Assembly (NCBI GenBank): GCA_003553905.1
Contig: PWEA01000005.1
Coordinates: 7,915 to 71,914, forward strand
Reading direction: 5' to 3'
DNA: 64,000 nucleotides
DNA from: Candidatus Aenigmatarchaeota archaeon
GTDB lineage: Archaea; Aenigmatarchaeota; Aenigmatarchaeia; PWEA01
Part shown: in pieces, positions 10,060-19,390 of the stretch
How positions within the stretch are numbered: position 1 is the stretch's first letter
Layout: the number at the start of each line of letters is the position of its first letter
The notes under the pieces: generated by a model
The model's database searches: none
What the model was told of the DNA's origin: nothing
Seen by the model: the letters and a program-made list of their open reading frames with translations, nothing else
Translations under genes and position numbers: made by a program

Positions 10060-10869
10060 CTACACCCCGGTGGATTCTATTAAAGCGGCAACCACCAGAA
10101 CAACCAGCCCTATACCAAAAAACAAAAAGGAGTCTCCCATTAGCTTCATGGCGTAGGCCTTATCTTCCCACTGTACAACTGACCTCACTTCATGGGAAAG
10201 GAAAAAACCCGAAAGTCCTGCTATTATGTACGCTGAGATTTCGAGAATGCCGTGTGGAAGATATGAAAGAACCATGATGGGCACGTCTACAATCCCTTTT
10301 GAAATTTCTGAAATGAAAACACCAAGTATAGAAGCGTTCCAAACGAGAACAAAAATCATACCTGCAGTAAGAAAAAAGGACAGTATAAAGGTAACAAGAA
10401 AAACTGATAGGTTGTTTGTCAGTATTTCCGTGAAAAAGCCTGGTGAAAATATCCTCCCTGTGGCTACATCCGGTCTTATTGATCCTATAACTTCGTGTTG
10501 GACCTCGAAAGACTCCGGAATAAAGGCATTCGAAACTCCAAAGGCAAGAGAAACACCAAGGAAGAAAATCAGATATATTTCAAGTTCCGATTTATGTCTA
10601 TCGAGTAGATCAAACATGCTACTAGAATCCTTCACTTTCCCTTCTTCAAATATTTCCTGCTCGTCCTCAAGATATTTTATAAGTGGATATGATGCTGCAA
10701 GGGATGTCAAAACTACAGACATAAAACCAGTGAACTCATATCCAGAGACCTTGAAAGGCACGATATACCGGGCGATAATAATAGAAGCAAAGGTGAAAAT
10801 TGTTGAAAGTGCAAAACAAAAGACAAAGTTCCTTTCTCTCTCTTCCCGAATCCAAAGTTTTTCAAGCAT
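10060..10869 (-). CDS. Stage II sporulation protein M-like (DUF95) membrane protein
   Basis: Multi-TM; F..I..NN, WNAS.LG, PHG.LEI.AY, AA.IES. Confidence 0.8.
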   Translation of the reverse strand: MLEKLWIREERERNFVFCFALSTIFTFASIIIARYIVPFKVSGYEFTGFMSVVLTSLAASYPLIKYLEDEQEIFEEGKVKDSSSMFDLLDRHKSELEIYLIFFLGVSLAFGVSNAFIPESFEVQHEVIGSIRPDVATGRIFSPGFFTEILTNNLSVFLVTFILSFFLTAGMIFVLVWNASILGVFISEISKGIVDVPIMVLSYLPHGILEISAYIIAGLSGFFLSHEVRSVVQWEDKAYAMKLMGDSFLFFGIGLVVLVVAALIESTGV

Positions 10870-10872
10870 AGG

Positions 10873-11127
10873 CTACTCCCCCAAATCTATTTTTTCCTCA
10901 ACCCCGAGTCTTTTTATCTTGCCGTTTTTAGAAAGAACAACGGTTAGGGTTGCCCTATCTACGGCACACTTCTTCATATTGAAGACCTCTCCACAACTGT
11001 AACATTCAACGTCAGAAGCCATATCAATTCCATACCATCCCGACTCTGCAACAGGAGTACTGCACTCGGGACAAACAGCTACAGCCATATCAAAAAAAGT
11101 TATTTTCTCAGATTCTGATTTAGACAT
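10873..11127 (-). CDS. Small zinc-ribbon protein
   Basis: CPEC...CYSC. Confidence 0.7.
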   Translation of the reverse strand: MSKSESEKITFFDMAVAVCPECSTPVAESGWYGIDMASDVECYSCGEVFNMKKCAVDRATLTVVLSKNGKIKRLGVEEKIDLGE

Positions 11128-11130
11128 ACT

Positions 11131-11739
11131 TTATTCCCCGATGAAAGCATTTACCTTTTCTATTATCATTTTCTTTGTATCTTCCAGAGATCCGCTATTA
11201 TCAACAACTACGTTATAATATTTTTTATCTCTGACATCTATACCATACTTTTCCTTGTATGTTTTAATATCTTGTGAGTTCCTTCTCTCCAGTCTCTCAT
11301 CTGCCTCATCAGGTGTCATTTTTTCCCTTTCAGCCAGTCTTTCTACTACAACGTCTCTAGAACACTCGACAAGGATCCTAACCTCTGCTATGTCGCACAA
11401 CAACGCTCCTGTAAGTCTTCCCTCGATAACAACATCATCCTTCGTAAAAGCCAGTCCGAGCACCCGTCTGTCCCACATAAGATCCGGATCTGGACCAACA
11501 TCAGGATTTCTATATTTGTCAAAGAAATCAGGAAGATCTAGGTCCTTTTCTTCTGCCTTCCTGCGAAAAAATGTTCCTGAAGAAATCAGATCCATTCCAA
11601 GTTCATCGGAAAGAATCTCTGCAACAGTGCTACTACCAACCCCAACCAGTCCAGAAACTGTAACTACCCTTTCTGAAGATGGACCATGCTCATCTCTAAG
11701 CTTAGTCTCGTACTCTTTGAGCCTTTCAACACACGTCAC
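11131..11739 (-). CDS. cmk: Archaeal-type cytidylate kinase
   Basis: TVSGLVGVGSST, SSG.FFR..A, VIEGRL, R.AERE, YGID. Confidence 0.85.
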   Translation of the reverse strand: MTCVERLKEYETKLRDEHGPSSERVVTVSGLVGVGSSTVAEILSDELGMDLISSGTFFRRKAEEKDLDLPDFFDKYRNPDVGPDPDLMWDRRVLGLAFTKDDVVIEGRLTGALLCDIAEVRILVECSRDVVVERLAEREKMTPDEADERLERRNSQDIKTYKEKYGIDVRDKKYYNVVVDNSGSLEDTKKMIIEKVNAFIGE

Positions 11740-11846
11740 GGTCTACCACAGTATATTTCATGTTCCGATAGTATAAAAATAGGCCTTCGGAAAGTTTTAA
11801 ATAAATACTCGATGAATAATTTTGATACTTAAGGAGGTAGATTTCA

Positions 11847-12035
11847 TTGATAATAACGTTAAGGGATCTTGCAAAGTGCAAAAGATGTGGATCCTCAAAC
11901 ACAATTGCTGAGATGGTTATTCCTTCAAGGGACTTGGATAAACTAAGGGGTAGCGCTGAAGAAGAAATAGTAGAGATATCATGCAAAAGCTGTGGAAAAA
12001 TTGATAGAAGAGATCAAAAGATAGAGATAGAATAG
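11847..12035 (+). CDS. Small zinc-ribbon protein
   Basis: CKRC...CKSC; strong AGGAGGT RBS upstream. Confidence 0.6.
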   Translation: MIITLRDLAKCKRCGSSNTIAEMVIPSRDLDKLRGSAEEEIVEISCKSCGKIDRRDQKIEIE

Positions 12036-12057
12036 TTAATCGTGGATATTCGTAGGT

Positions 12058-13311
12058 GTGGAAATGAAAAGCATAGAAATTAAAGAACCAGATGTAGTTG
12101 TAAGTGAATTTCCATCACACCCGGAGCACAGTGACTGGGGCCCAAAGGAGTCTGTTGTTTATAATACGAGAATATCAGGCGATCCCAAAGGACGTTCTGC
12201 GATTGAAATATGGAAAAACAAAAAAGAATCCATGGGAAAAAAGGAGCTGTTGGAAGAGGAGGAAGGCTTTCTGGAATTTCTAGCAGAGAGGGGACACATA
12301 TCTGCATTCTACAGGACCAACGTGGGAATAACCTACAAAGTCCCAAGGCATACGACACTTTTTTTCTGCTCCTTCGATCATCCAAAATATATGCAGCAGT
12401 CACAGAGGTATACAAAGGCTAAAGAGTTCATAAGCTTGATAGATTCCACTGAAGCTAAAGAGATGTTCTCAAAACAGTCACAGTTATATAACAAGATGAT
12501 AGAAAACAAGTCCATACCAAAGGAAGATGCTAGATATATACTTCCGCTAGGCACAGCAGCAACACATCTACATCAAAACACAAACATAGCAGGACTTATG
12601 AATATATACCGCGTCCTTAGATCCAATGGATCCGAGGTACCTGATATGACTGAAGATATATTCAAAGACTGTATAGGAAAACTTGAGGAGCTGGAACCCA
12701 GTCTTTTCAATGAAAAAATAATGAACCTGCTCATGGGTGCAGATAAGGGATACCCTGTTGCTAACATGTTCTCACAAAAAAATGAATGGGTCGATAAGGC
12801 ACTAAAGAATCACAGGTCCTGTGATGTAGTATCACGTTTCACATACGAAGTAACAGAAAAACTGAAAAACAAAGCAGATGGGTTCAACGATGAAGCATTG
12901 AGTTTTCTAAACCTGAATAATAGTCCTCTGAAAGTCGAAGGCTATGTTACAACCATGTCGATATCAGCCTGGCACCAGTTTATGAGAAATGACACTGTAA
13001 AGAACTCCGTAGAATCCATATACAGTGCAGCAGATAGAGGGAAGATGGTTATACCACCAAAAATCAAAGATTCGGAATTTGAAGAGGATTATATAGATAT
13101 TTTCGAGGAGTCTTTGAAACTATACGAATCATTGAAAAAACAGAATGGGAGAAGCACTGCGATCGAAGTCCTACCACACGGTCTTGGTATAGGTGTAGCA
13201 TTCGGTCTTGATGGCTTCAACAGGATCAAAGGATTTTTACCGGACAGAACACAAGAAGCTGCGCAGTGGGAAATAAGAGCCATAGCAAGAAAAGTAGCAA
13301 AAGAGCTTTAG
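12058..13311 (+). CDS. thyX: Flavin-dependent thymidylate synthase, tandem two-domain form
   Basis: GH.S.F, QQSQRY and EDARYILP in the first half; HQFMRN and AQWEIR in the second half. Confidence 0.8.
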   Translation: MEMKSIEIKEPDVVVSEFPSHPEHSDWGPKESVVYNTRISGDPKGRSAIEIWKNKKESMGKKELLEEEEGFLEFLAERGHISAFYRTNVGITYKVPRHTTLFFCSFDHPKYMQQSQRYTKAKEFISLIDSTEAKEMFSKQSQLYNKMIENKSIPKEDARYILPLGTAATHLHQNTNIAGLMNIYRVLRSNGSEVPDMTEDIFKDCIGKLEELEPSLFNEKIMNLLMGADKGYPVANMFSQKNEWVDKALKNHRSCDVVSRFTYEVTEKLKNKADGFNDEALSFLNLNNSPLKVEGYVTTMSISAWHQFMRNDTVKNSVESIYSAADRGKMVIPPKIKDSEFEEDYIDIFEESLKLYESLKKQNGRSTAIEVLPHGLGIGVAFGLDGFNRIKGFLPDRTQEAAQWEIRAIARKVAKEL

Positions 13312-13321
13312 AAAAATATTT

Positions 13322-13804
13322 TTAATCCAATAAGAAGCTATCGTCCTTGAACTGATTAAACTTCCTATCGGGCTCTTCTTTTTTGAGTATAGCATCCGAA
13401 ATATCTTCACGGAGCTTGTTCAAACTTTTGTAATATTTTCCTACTTCCGGAACACCTTTAGATGGATTCTCTTGATTATCAAGAAAACCATCAGGAAGGT
13501 TTTCAAAGGCCTTGTTGTAGTCAAGCAGATCTTTATCGATCTGTATTTCGTCGTGACCCACTCTCTTGCCTCTAAAGGGTATCTCATAACAGGAAACCTC
13601 CACACTACTTTCTTTGTGTTGTCTTAGCTCAACGTTCCATCTTTCTGCATCTCTGTATATTATAACTCCTTGATCTCTGCTTGGATTTGTAGCATACACC
13701 TCTGCTAAAAAACTATCCGTGTCCGTGTCACTATACTGCTTCTCCAAACCCTTCTTTACTGCATCATCAACATCTTTCCTCATAGATCCAAGTCCCTGTG
13801 TCAT
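13322..13804 (-). CDS. Hypothetical protein
   Basis: Likely starts at MTQGLG (ATG 13804); the longer track version overlaps the divergent gene. Confidence 0.65.
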   Translation of the reverse strand: MTQGLGSMRKDVDDAVKKGLEKQYSDTDTDSFLAEVYATNPSRDQGVIIYRDAERWNVELRQHKESSVEVSCYEIPFRGKRVGHDEIQIDKDLLDYNKAFENLPDGFLDNQENPSKGVPEVGKYYKSLNKLREDISDAILKKEEPDRKFNQFKDDSFLLD

Positions 13805-13903
13805 TTTAATTACCCCATAGTAATAATTTATAATAAAATATTTATATATCCCACACAGAATTGAAGACTTAAATCCATAGAAAAGGAAATTTTTCTGGGT
13901 AGG

Positions 13904-14962
13904 ATGACAGATAAAGCAAAACATATTGACTGGGGAGTTTTCGACGTAAACCAAGGCCTCGATCACGCGGCCGCCTCTGAAATTGTCTATGTAATAAACA
14001 ACTATAGACCCGTAGAAAAAACGTTTGCCTATGCAGCTAAAAACAGAGAGTATAGAGATATCCTTCGTCGTGCAGGTGAAGTTGATCGGGATATAGAAAA
14101 AGAAATAGGAAAATCTTACAACCCAGAAAAAAGTATTCTTGACAAAATACGTTATAAAACACACAGATTTGTCAGCGGACTTTTCGATTCTTATACAGAC
14201 GATGTCTTCTCAATGTTAATGAAAAAGAGGCCATATAAAAAGGGTGCTGTGATGAATACTGTATGTGAAAGTGCTGTGGAAAGTTTTGATGAAAACCCTG
14301 AAATATACAGAGACATGATCGAGGATCAGTATGTGGATTCAAAAAAAGTATCTCATATAGCACTCGGGATTGATGAAGAAACGGACAAGAAGACCTTGGA
14401 ACTTCTAAAAGAGCCAGAAACCAAAAAACTTATGGACGACTATAAAAAATACACAACTCCATCCGTCCTAGACGTAAGACTGCTTTCCATCGAGCCAGAA
14501 AGATCATTTGAAAGACTTGAACAGATAGAAGTCATAAACAAAGAAATAGTAGAAGAAGGATATAATATGGATCCGATGTTGAAGTCCGTTCCAATGATGA
14601 CATACAAGGCCTTTGAACTTGAAATCGATGAAATACAGAACTTTGTAAAAAATACAAGCTCTATGGACAAGTTTGTCCGAAATCTAGACAAATTTCTTCT
14701 GGAAAGTGATGAGAAAAGGGCAGATTTAGCCATCGAAAGCGCAACAAAGCTTATTTCAGAAGACCTGGACACATACGATAAAAAATCAATCAAAATGGCT
14801 TCTACGGCCTTGCCCTATGATATGGATAAAGTAACTGAAATGATGTATGATAAATACAAAAACCCCACGAAATACTCAAAGAAAGAAGAGTTATCGGAAA
14901 TGGATTGGAGAGGAACCGTGGAAAAAATAACAAAGGACAACGAACATCCACGGGTTTTTTAG
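13904..14962 (+). CDS. Hypothetical alpha-helical protein
   Basis: 352 aa acidic ORF with typical composition; upstream TATA-like box. Confidence 0.75.
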   Translation: MTDKAKHIDWGVFDVNQGLDHAAASEIVYVINNYRPVEKTFAYAAKNREYRDILRRAGEVDRDIEKEIGKSYNPEKSILDKIRYKTHRFVSGLFDSYTDDVFSMLMKKRPYKKGAVMNTVCESAVESFDENPEIYRDMIEDQYVDSKKVSHIALGIDEETDKKTLELLKEPETKKLMDDYKKYTTPSVLDVRLLSIEPERSFERLEQIEVINKEIVEEGYNMDPMLKSVPMMTYKAFELEIDEIQNFVKNTSSMDKFVRNLDKFLLESDEKRADLAIESATKLISEDLDTYDKKSIKMASTALPYDMDKVTEMMYDKYKNPTKYSKKEELSEMDWRGTVEKITKDNEHPRVF

Positions 14963-15015
14963 AACTGAACCCTATGAAACCAAAGTATAAATTTTTTTCG
15001 TGTTAGTTTACTACT

Positions 15016-15210
15016 ATGTCAAGCATAAGTGAAGAGAGTAGTCTGTTTTACACTCAAATAGAAAAAGAATGTGAAGATATAGAAAAAGATCTCAAAAAAC
15101 TAAAAGAAAGGCTGTACTCTGTAGGACACAAACTGGACAGCTTTGACATCTATTTTGAAGATATGAAGGAAATTTCGGAGGAAATAAACGAAAAACTGAA
15201 GAAGATATAG
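15016..15210 (+). CDS. Small coiled-coil hypothetical protein
   Basis: 64 aa heptad-like ORF; TATAAA box ~25 nt upstream. Confidence 0.55.
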   Translation: MSSISEESSLFYTQIEKECEDIEKDLKKLKERLYSVGHKLDSFDIYFEDMKEISEEINEKLKKI

Positions 15211-15220
15211 ACCGATAAAA

Positions 15221-15637
15221 CTAACTACCTGATTCATCCAGTTTCCTATTACACAGAAAGTCCGCCCTGCCTATCATTTTATGTTCGCGGTTTCTGTGAA
15301 CAAAACTTACCTTATCAAAAAAACGAGTAAGTCTTTTCACCTTCCTGTACAATGGTTTTATATTACTGCTTTTGACTCTCCATTCCCCTTGAAGTTGTTT
15401 AACCAAAAGATTGCTATCTGAGTTTACTTGAAGATCGCCATCTGTGTACTCCTTTGCCATTTCCAATGCATTTATAACAGCAGTGTACTCTGCCTGGTTG
15501 TTTGTTTTCTTCCCGAGGTACTCTGATCGTTCCTGAAGAACTGTCCCTTCTCCATCGGTAATAATAAAGGCTGCCGACGCAGGACCGGGATTACCGCGTG
15601 AAGCACCATCTGTATAAACTTTCAACTCATCTGACAT
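15221..15637 (-). CDS. rnhA: Ribonuclease HI
   Basis: YTDGASRGNPG, TNNQAEY, DSNLLVKQL.G.W.VK, AD.LCN. Confidence 0.93.
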   Translation of the reverse strand: MSDELKVYTDGASRGNPGPASAAFIITDGEGTVLQERSEYLGKKTNNQAEYTAVINALEMAKEYTDGDLQVNSDSNLLVKQLQGEWRVKSSNIKPLYRKVKRLTRFFDKVSFVHRNREHKMIGRADFLCNRKLDESGS

Positions 15638-16085
15638 ATTTTTTCATCTCCTCTGCAAACTTTTTCGCATTATCCAAATCACTTTCGTTCGGCCTGCTCA
15701 TGTGAAGTCCTCCAAAAAACTTCAAGGGACCGTATCTGTCGCTCCCACGACATGTGAATGATCCAAGAAACTCAAAGCCGTTTTCCTTCAGTCTTTTCCT
15801 CATTTTTTCTTCATAGTTGTGGACAAAAGGCAGTGGTCTGAAACCACTTGTAGAAAGTAGAAAAGCTCGCTTTCCGTCGCCGTCTGTGTTATCTACGAAA
15901 TCCTTGATGCTTCTGTGAAAATCACCGTAGTATACACCAGAAGCAAAACCAATGAGATTATACTTATCTAGATTTTCTACTTCATTAGGTTCTTTAATCT
16001 CACAACCAATCACATCGGAAACAGCTTCAGCTACCTTTTTTGTATTTCCCATGTGGATAGACTTGTATATTATAAGAGAGTCCAT
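15627..16085 (-). CDS. Flavodoxin family protein
   Basis: IIY.SIH.GNT.KVA, GFASGVYYG, F.CRG.D. Confidence 0.9.
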   Translation of the reverse strand: MDSLIIYKSIHMGNTKKVAEAVSDVIGCEIKEPNEVENLDKYNLIGFASGVYYGDFHRSIKDFVDNTDGDGKRAFLLSTSGFRPLPFVHNYEEKMRKRLKENGFEFLGSFTCRGSDRYGPLKFFGGLHMSRPNESDLDNAKKFAEEMKKYVR

Positions 16086-16092
16086 GGTATCA

Positions 16093-16911
16093 TCAACAGA
16101 GATTTGAAAGTGAATGCAATATGGTCTTCGCAGCTAGATGTGCTGTCCTGTTGTTAAGCCTCTTTGAAGCTACCTCACATAAATCCATACCAACGACTTC
16201 CTTCTCAAAAACAACATCTATAAGACTGAAAACCTCACGTGGACTCATGCCATCTTCCTCCGGGAAACCCACGTCGGGGGCAAACGATGGATCAAATACA
16301 TCCATATCCACTGTCAGATATATCGGACCCTTTGCCTCCCTTATATCTTTCTTCACACCGTCTTCGTCCATATAACTTTTACCTGTTTCCTGATCCTCCG
16401 TATAGCTTCTACATCCAACTCGGATAACCTCTGTGTCGTCTTCACTTACATTCGAAGCCCATGTATTATGTGAAAACTTGTTGCCTTGGTAGTCTTTGGC
16501 CATATCAAGATGTGCATCCATCTGGACAACGGTACTAGGTTCAAGTTCCTGAACGATTGGAAGGGTTATAGAATGTTCTCCTCCTATGAAAACGAAGAAT
16601 ATATCAGAGTTTTCATCCAAAATATCACAAACTGTATCCTTTATCCTCTCGGACGTCTTGTCAAAACACCCAGGTACCCATTCAATATCACCTATATCAG
16701 ATATCTTCAAATCTTTCAAGGGATTTTTCTTTTTGTCGGGCACATAACTCACCTTTGTTTTTAGGGCCTGTCGAACTGTAACTGGTCCAAATCTCTGGTT
16801 TCCCTCTGCAAGGGCGGTGGAATCAAATGGGATTCCAAGAAAACATACATCGGCCTCGTCTAATGGATATCTTGCTGTAAACGAACTTCGTGTATAAAGC
16901 ATATCATTCAT
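16093..16911 (-). CDS. speB: Agmatinase / arginase family ureohydrolase
   Basis: GIPFD, GGEHSIT, DAHLD, DMDVFDP; close to aIF5A as in many archaea. Confidence 0.88.
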   Translation of the reverse strand: MNDMLYTRSSFTARYPLDEADVCFLGIPFDSTALAEGNQRFGPVTVRQALKTKVSYVPDKKKNPLKDLKISDIGDIEWVPGCFDKTSERIKDTVCDILDENSDIFFVFIGGEHSITLPIVQELEPSTVVQMDAHLDMAKDYQGNKFSHNTWASNVSEDDTEVIRVGCRSYTEDQETGKSYMDEDGVKKDIREAKGPIYLTVDMDVFDPSFAPDVGFPEEDGMSPREVFSLIDVVFEKEVVGMDLCEVASKRLNNRTAHLAAKTILHSLSNLC

Positions 16912-16962
16912 TTTATTACCCGGAGAACTGTTTAAACGGAAGGTTAATAACTTTTACGCAGC

Positions 16963-17277
16963 TCAGTCAGATGTAAGACTTTTCAGAAATTTTACGTACT
17001 CCTTTGAATCTTCTAATGCATGTTTTCTGTCTTCTATCATCTCTTCCTGAGAAGAAAATCCATTTCCCTCGAGGCTAACACCGACATCATCCACCTCTAT
17101 TTTTACCTTGTATGACTTCTCTTCATCCTTCTCAAATTCCGAGAAACTGTCTCCATAGATCACGCCTTTGACACAGTTGCGTATATACTCACTTCTGTTC
17201 ATGCCAAGTAACTCTGCCCTTTGATCTATATCATTCTCAAAGTCCTTCCCTAGACGAAGACTTATCTTATTTCCCAT
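16963..17277 (-). CDS. Ribbon-helix-helix (CopG-like) domain protein
   Basis: ISLRL...ID..A...GMNRSEYIR..V. Confidence 0.7.
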   Translation of the reverse strand: MGNKISLRLGKDFENDIDQRAELLGMNRSEYIRNCVKGVIYGDSFSEFEKDEEKSYKVKIEVDDVGVSLEGNGFSSQEEMIEDRKHALEDSKEYVKFLKSLTSD

Positions 17278-17350
17278 AAACCAACAAATAAAAACTAAAG
17301 CTTAAATTAGTTTCCTTTAGAAAAAGAAATAAGAAAGGGGTCGAGGCTTG

Positions 17351-17743
17351 CTACTTCTTTTCCTTGAGAAGTTTGTCACCCATGACCTCCCAATATTCTA
17401 CTTCATCTCCTTCGCCTAAATCACAGCTGTAGTCGTCTGGAATAGCCATTTCAAATGTATCGTAGGTTTCGAGGTCCATCAGTTGAACAGAATCACTTTT
17501 TATCGAAATGACCTGACCAACCTTCTTGTCTATTATTGGTACTTTGATCTTTGCATCAGAAGGTTTTACGATCTGCCTTTTCTTTCCGTCCACAATTCCC
17601 TTTGTTCTCAGTCTGACTTTTGTTGAGCCATGTTTCCCAGCAGAAGAAGTTTTTCTCTTTGTTGCTACACAAGGCTCTCCTTCTATAACTATGTAGTCGC
17701 CTTCCTTTACATTCTTTATCTGGTCTTGTTTCGTTGGCATCAC
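17351..17743 (-). CDS. eif5a: Translation factor aIF5A
   Basis: GKHG hypusine motif, V.LMDLETY. Confidence 0.95.
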   Translation of the reverse strand: MMPTKQDQIKNVKEGDYIVIEGEPCVATKRKTSSAGKHGSTKVRLRTKGIVDGKKRQIVKPSDAKIKVPIIDKKVGQVISIKSDSVQLMDLETYDTFEMAIPDDYSCDLGEGDEVEYWEVMGDKLLKEKK

Positions 17744-17746
17744 TTA

Positions 17747-17947
17747 TTACCTCGTTACCAGGTCAACATCCTCTTTCTTTACTGTAACTCTTCCTGCGTG
17801 TTTTGTGGCAGTTACTGCATCCTTAGCAAGATCCTCTGCTATGTCCTCAACAACGTCCCTAAGCTCTTTCACAGCTTCTTCGGAAACTCTATCGGCTCCA
17901 GAGTTCTTTGCAATCCTTTTCAGCGGCGCAAGTGGTAATTCACCCAT
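17747..17947 (-). CDS. Archaeal histone (HMf family)
   Basis: MGELPLAP..RI.K..GA.RVS...HAGR.TVK..D; GAGGTGA RBS. Confidence 0.96.
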   Translation of the reverse strand: MGELPLAPLKRIAKNSGADRVSEEAVKELRDVVEDIAEDLAKDAVTATKHAGRVTVKKEDVDLVTR

Positions 17948-18012
17948 GTTTTCACCTCTTTGTATTGTTTTGAAAGAAAACCTTAAAAAACTTAACTATA
18001 AACCAACGGTAG

Positions 18013-19179
18013 TTACATCAACTTTCTTGCTGATTTTATCATCTTAGGTCTCTTAAGTAAAAGCCTTCCGAGTTTCGATAGTCTCTTTCCCTGAGTAAAC
18101 TTCATAAGATCATCACCATCGAGCTTCCGTGATAAATAATTCAGGTCTTCGTCGTCAAGATCCTCAAGAACTTCCCTGAGACTTTCCACATTCTTGAGAT
18201 CCTTTCCTCTCTCTTTCCACCATCTTTTATTATACTTCTGTAGGTTCTCGCTTGTTGTATCACCCTTTTCCAAGGCCTCGGTGACTACATCCGAAGCTAT
18301 AACCCCCGCCTTTATGCCTTCTCTTATTCCCCCACCGTGGATGGGATTTACCTGGTTCGCTGCATCACCGACTGCCAGAAGATTTTCTGCTGTCATGTCG
18401 TCAAGAAAACCTCCCACAGGAATCAGTCCAGAATTGACCTCAACCACCGAAGCTCTTTCAAATCTATCGTTACTATCTATAAACTTATCGAGATAATGCT
18501 TTGCATTTTTATCTGCATCTCCCGATATCCCGATACCAACGTTTGCCTTGTTCTCACCCTTTGGAAACACCCATACATAACCACGTGGTGCAACATCATC
18601 TCCAAAGTAAAGCTCAAGCTTATGTTTGTCCTTTAGGTCAAGGTTCACCATCTCGTACTGATATCCCGAATCAACTAGATGCATCTGTGAAGATCCTCTT
18701 ACCCCTCCCTTTCTTGCTATCAAAGATTCGACACCGTCTGCAGCTATTACCATCCGTGACTCAACTCTTTTTGTCTCGCCTTCGACCTCAACAACCACAC
18801 CTCTGTTATCAGGTAGAAGATCAACCACATCGGACTTTGCACGGACCTTTGCACCGGCATTTGCAGCTCTCTCCGCCATCCATTTGTCGAACATCTTTCT
18901 TTCAATTATCCAACCAACGGTTTCATTGGAATGTATTCTTACATAGTCTCCGTTGGGCGAGAAAACCAGGGCACCGTTCATCGATTGCATGCGGCAGTAG
19001 TCGGGTATATCAAGATCAAGTTCGTCCATGGCACTCAAAGAAAGTCCCTCGCCACATCTTTTTGGCGCTCCTATCTCTTGTCTTTTTTCATAAACAACAA
19101 CATCGTATCCTTCGTCTGCAAGTCCCTTTGCAACCGAACATCCCGCGGGACCTGCTCCTACAACTACAACATCTTTCAT
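18013..19179 (-). CDS. Digeranylgeranylglycerophospholipid reductase (geranylgeranyl reductase family)
   Basis: VVGAGPAG, P.RCGEG, AADGVES, P.GY.WVFPK, GDAA.QVNP..GGG. Confidence 0.92.
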   Translation of the reverse strand: MKDVVVVGAGPAGCSVAKGLADEGYDVVVYEKRQEIGAPKRCGEGLSLSAMDELDLDIPDYCRMQSMNGALVFSPNGDYVRIHSNETVGWIIERKMFDKWMAERAANAGAKVRAKSDVVDLLPDNRGVVVEVEGETKRVESRMVIAADGVESLIARKGGVRGSSQMHLVDSGYQYEMVNLDLKDKHKLELYFGDDVAPRGYVWVFPKGENKANVGIGISGDADKNAKHYLDKFIDSNDRFERASVVEVNSGLIPVGGFLDDMTAENLLAVGDAANQVNPIHGGGIREGIKAGVIASDVVTEALEKGDTTSENLQKYNKRWWKERGKDLKNVESLREVLEDLDDEDLNYLSRKLDGDDLMKFTQGKRLSKLGRLLLKRPKMIKSARKLM

Positions 19180-19358
19180 CTGTTACCACCAACGGTTATA
19201 GATCCAACGGGGCATAGTTTCTCACAGTTACCACAGCTTATACATCTCCTTTCGTCTATTTCAATACCGTTTTCCGTGAGGACGAGAGCATCTACAGGAC
19301 ACACTGCAACGCATCCGCCACATCTCAAACATTTCTTTCTTTCTATTTCCCATGTCAT
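19176..19358 (-). CDS. 2x[4Fe-4S] ferredoxin
   Basis: Two CxxCxxCxxxCP motifs; overlaps the GGR start. Confidence 0.95.
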   Translation of the reverse strand: MTWEIERKKCLRCGGCVAVCPVDALVLTENGIEIDERRCISCGNCEKLCPVGSITVGGNR

Positions 19359-19390
19359 GCCAAGATACCTCAGATCACAATTTTTAATTA

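Noticed and set aside
11620-11670. Cytidylate kinase P-loop lacking Lys (GVGSST)
   Set aside because: Archaeal Cmk proteins often have Thr or Ser at this position; not evidence of inactivation
13805-14164. N-terminal extension of the 280-aa minus-strand ORF
   Set aside because: It overlaps the divergent gene and the AT-rich promoter region; the likely start is ATG 13804
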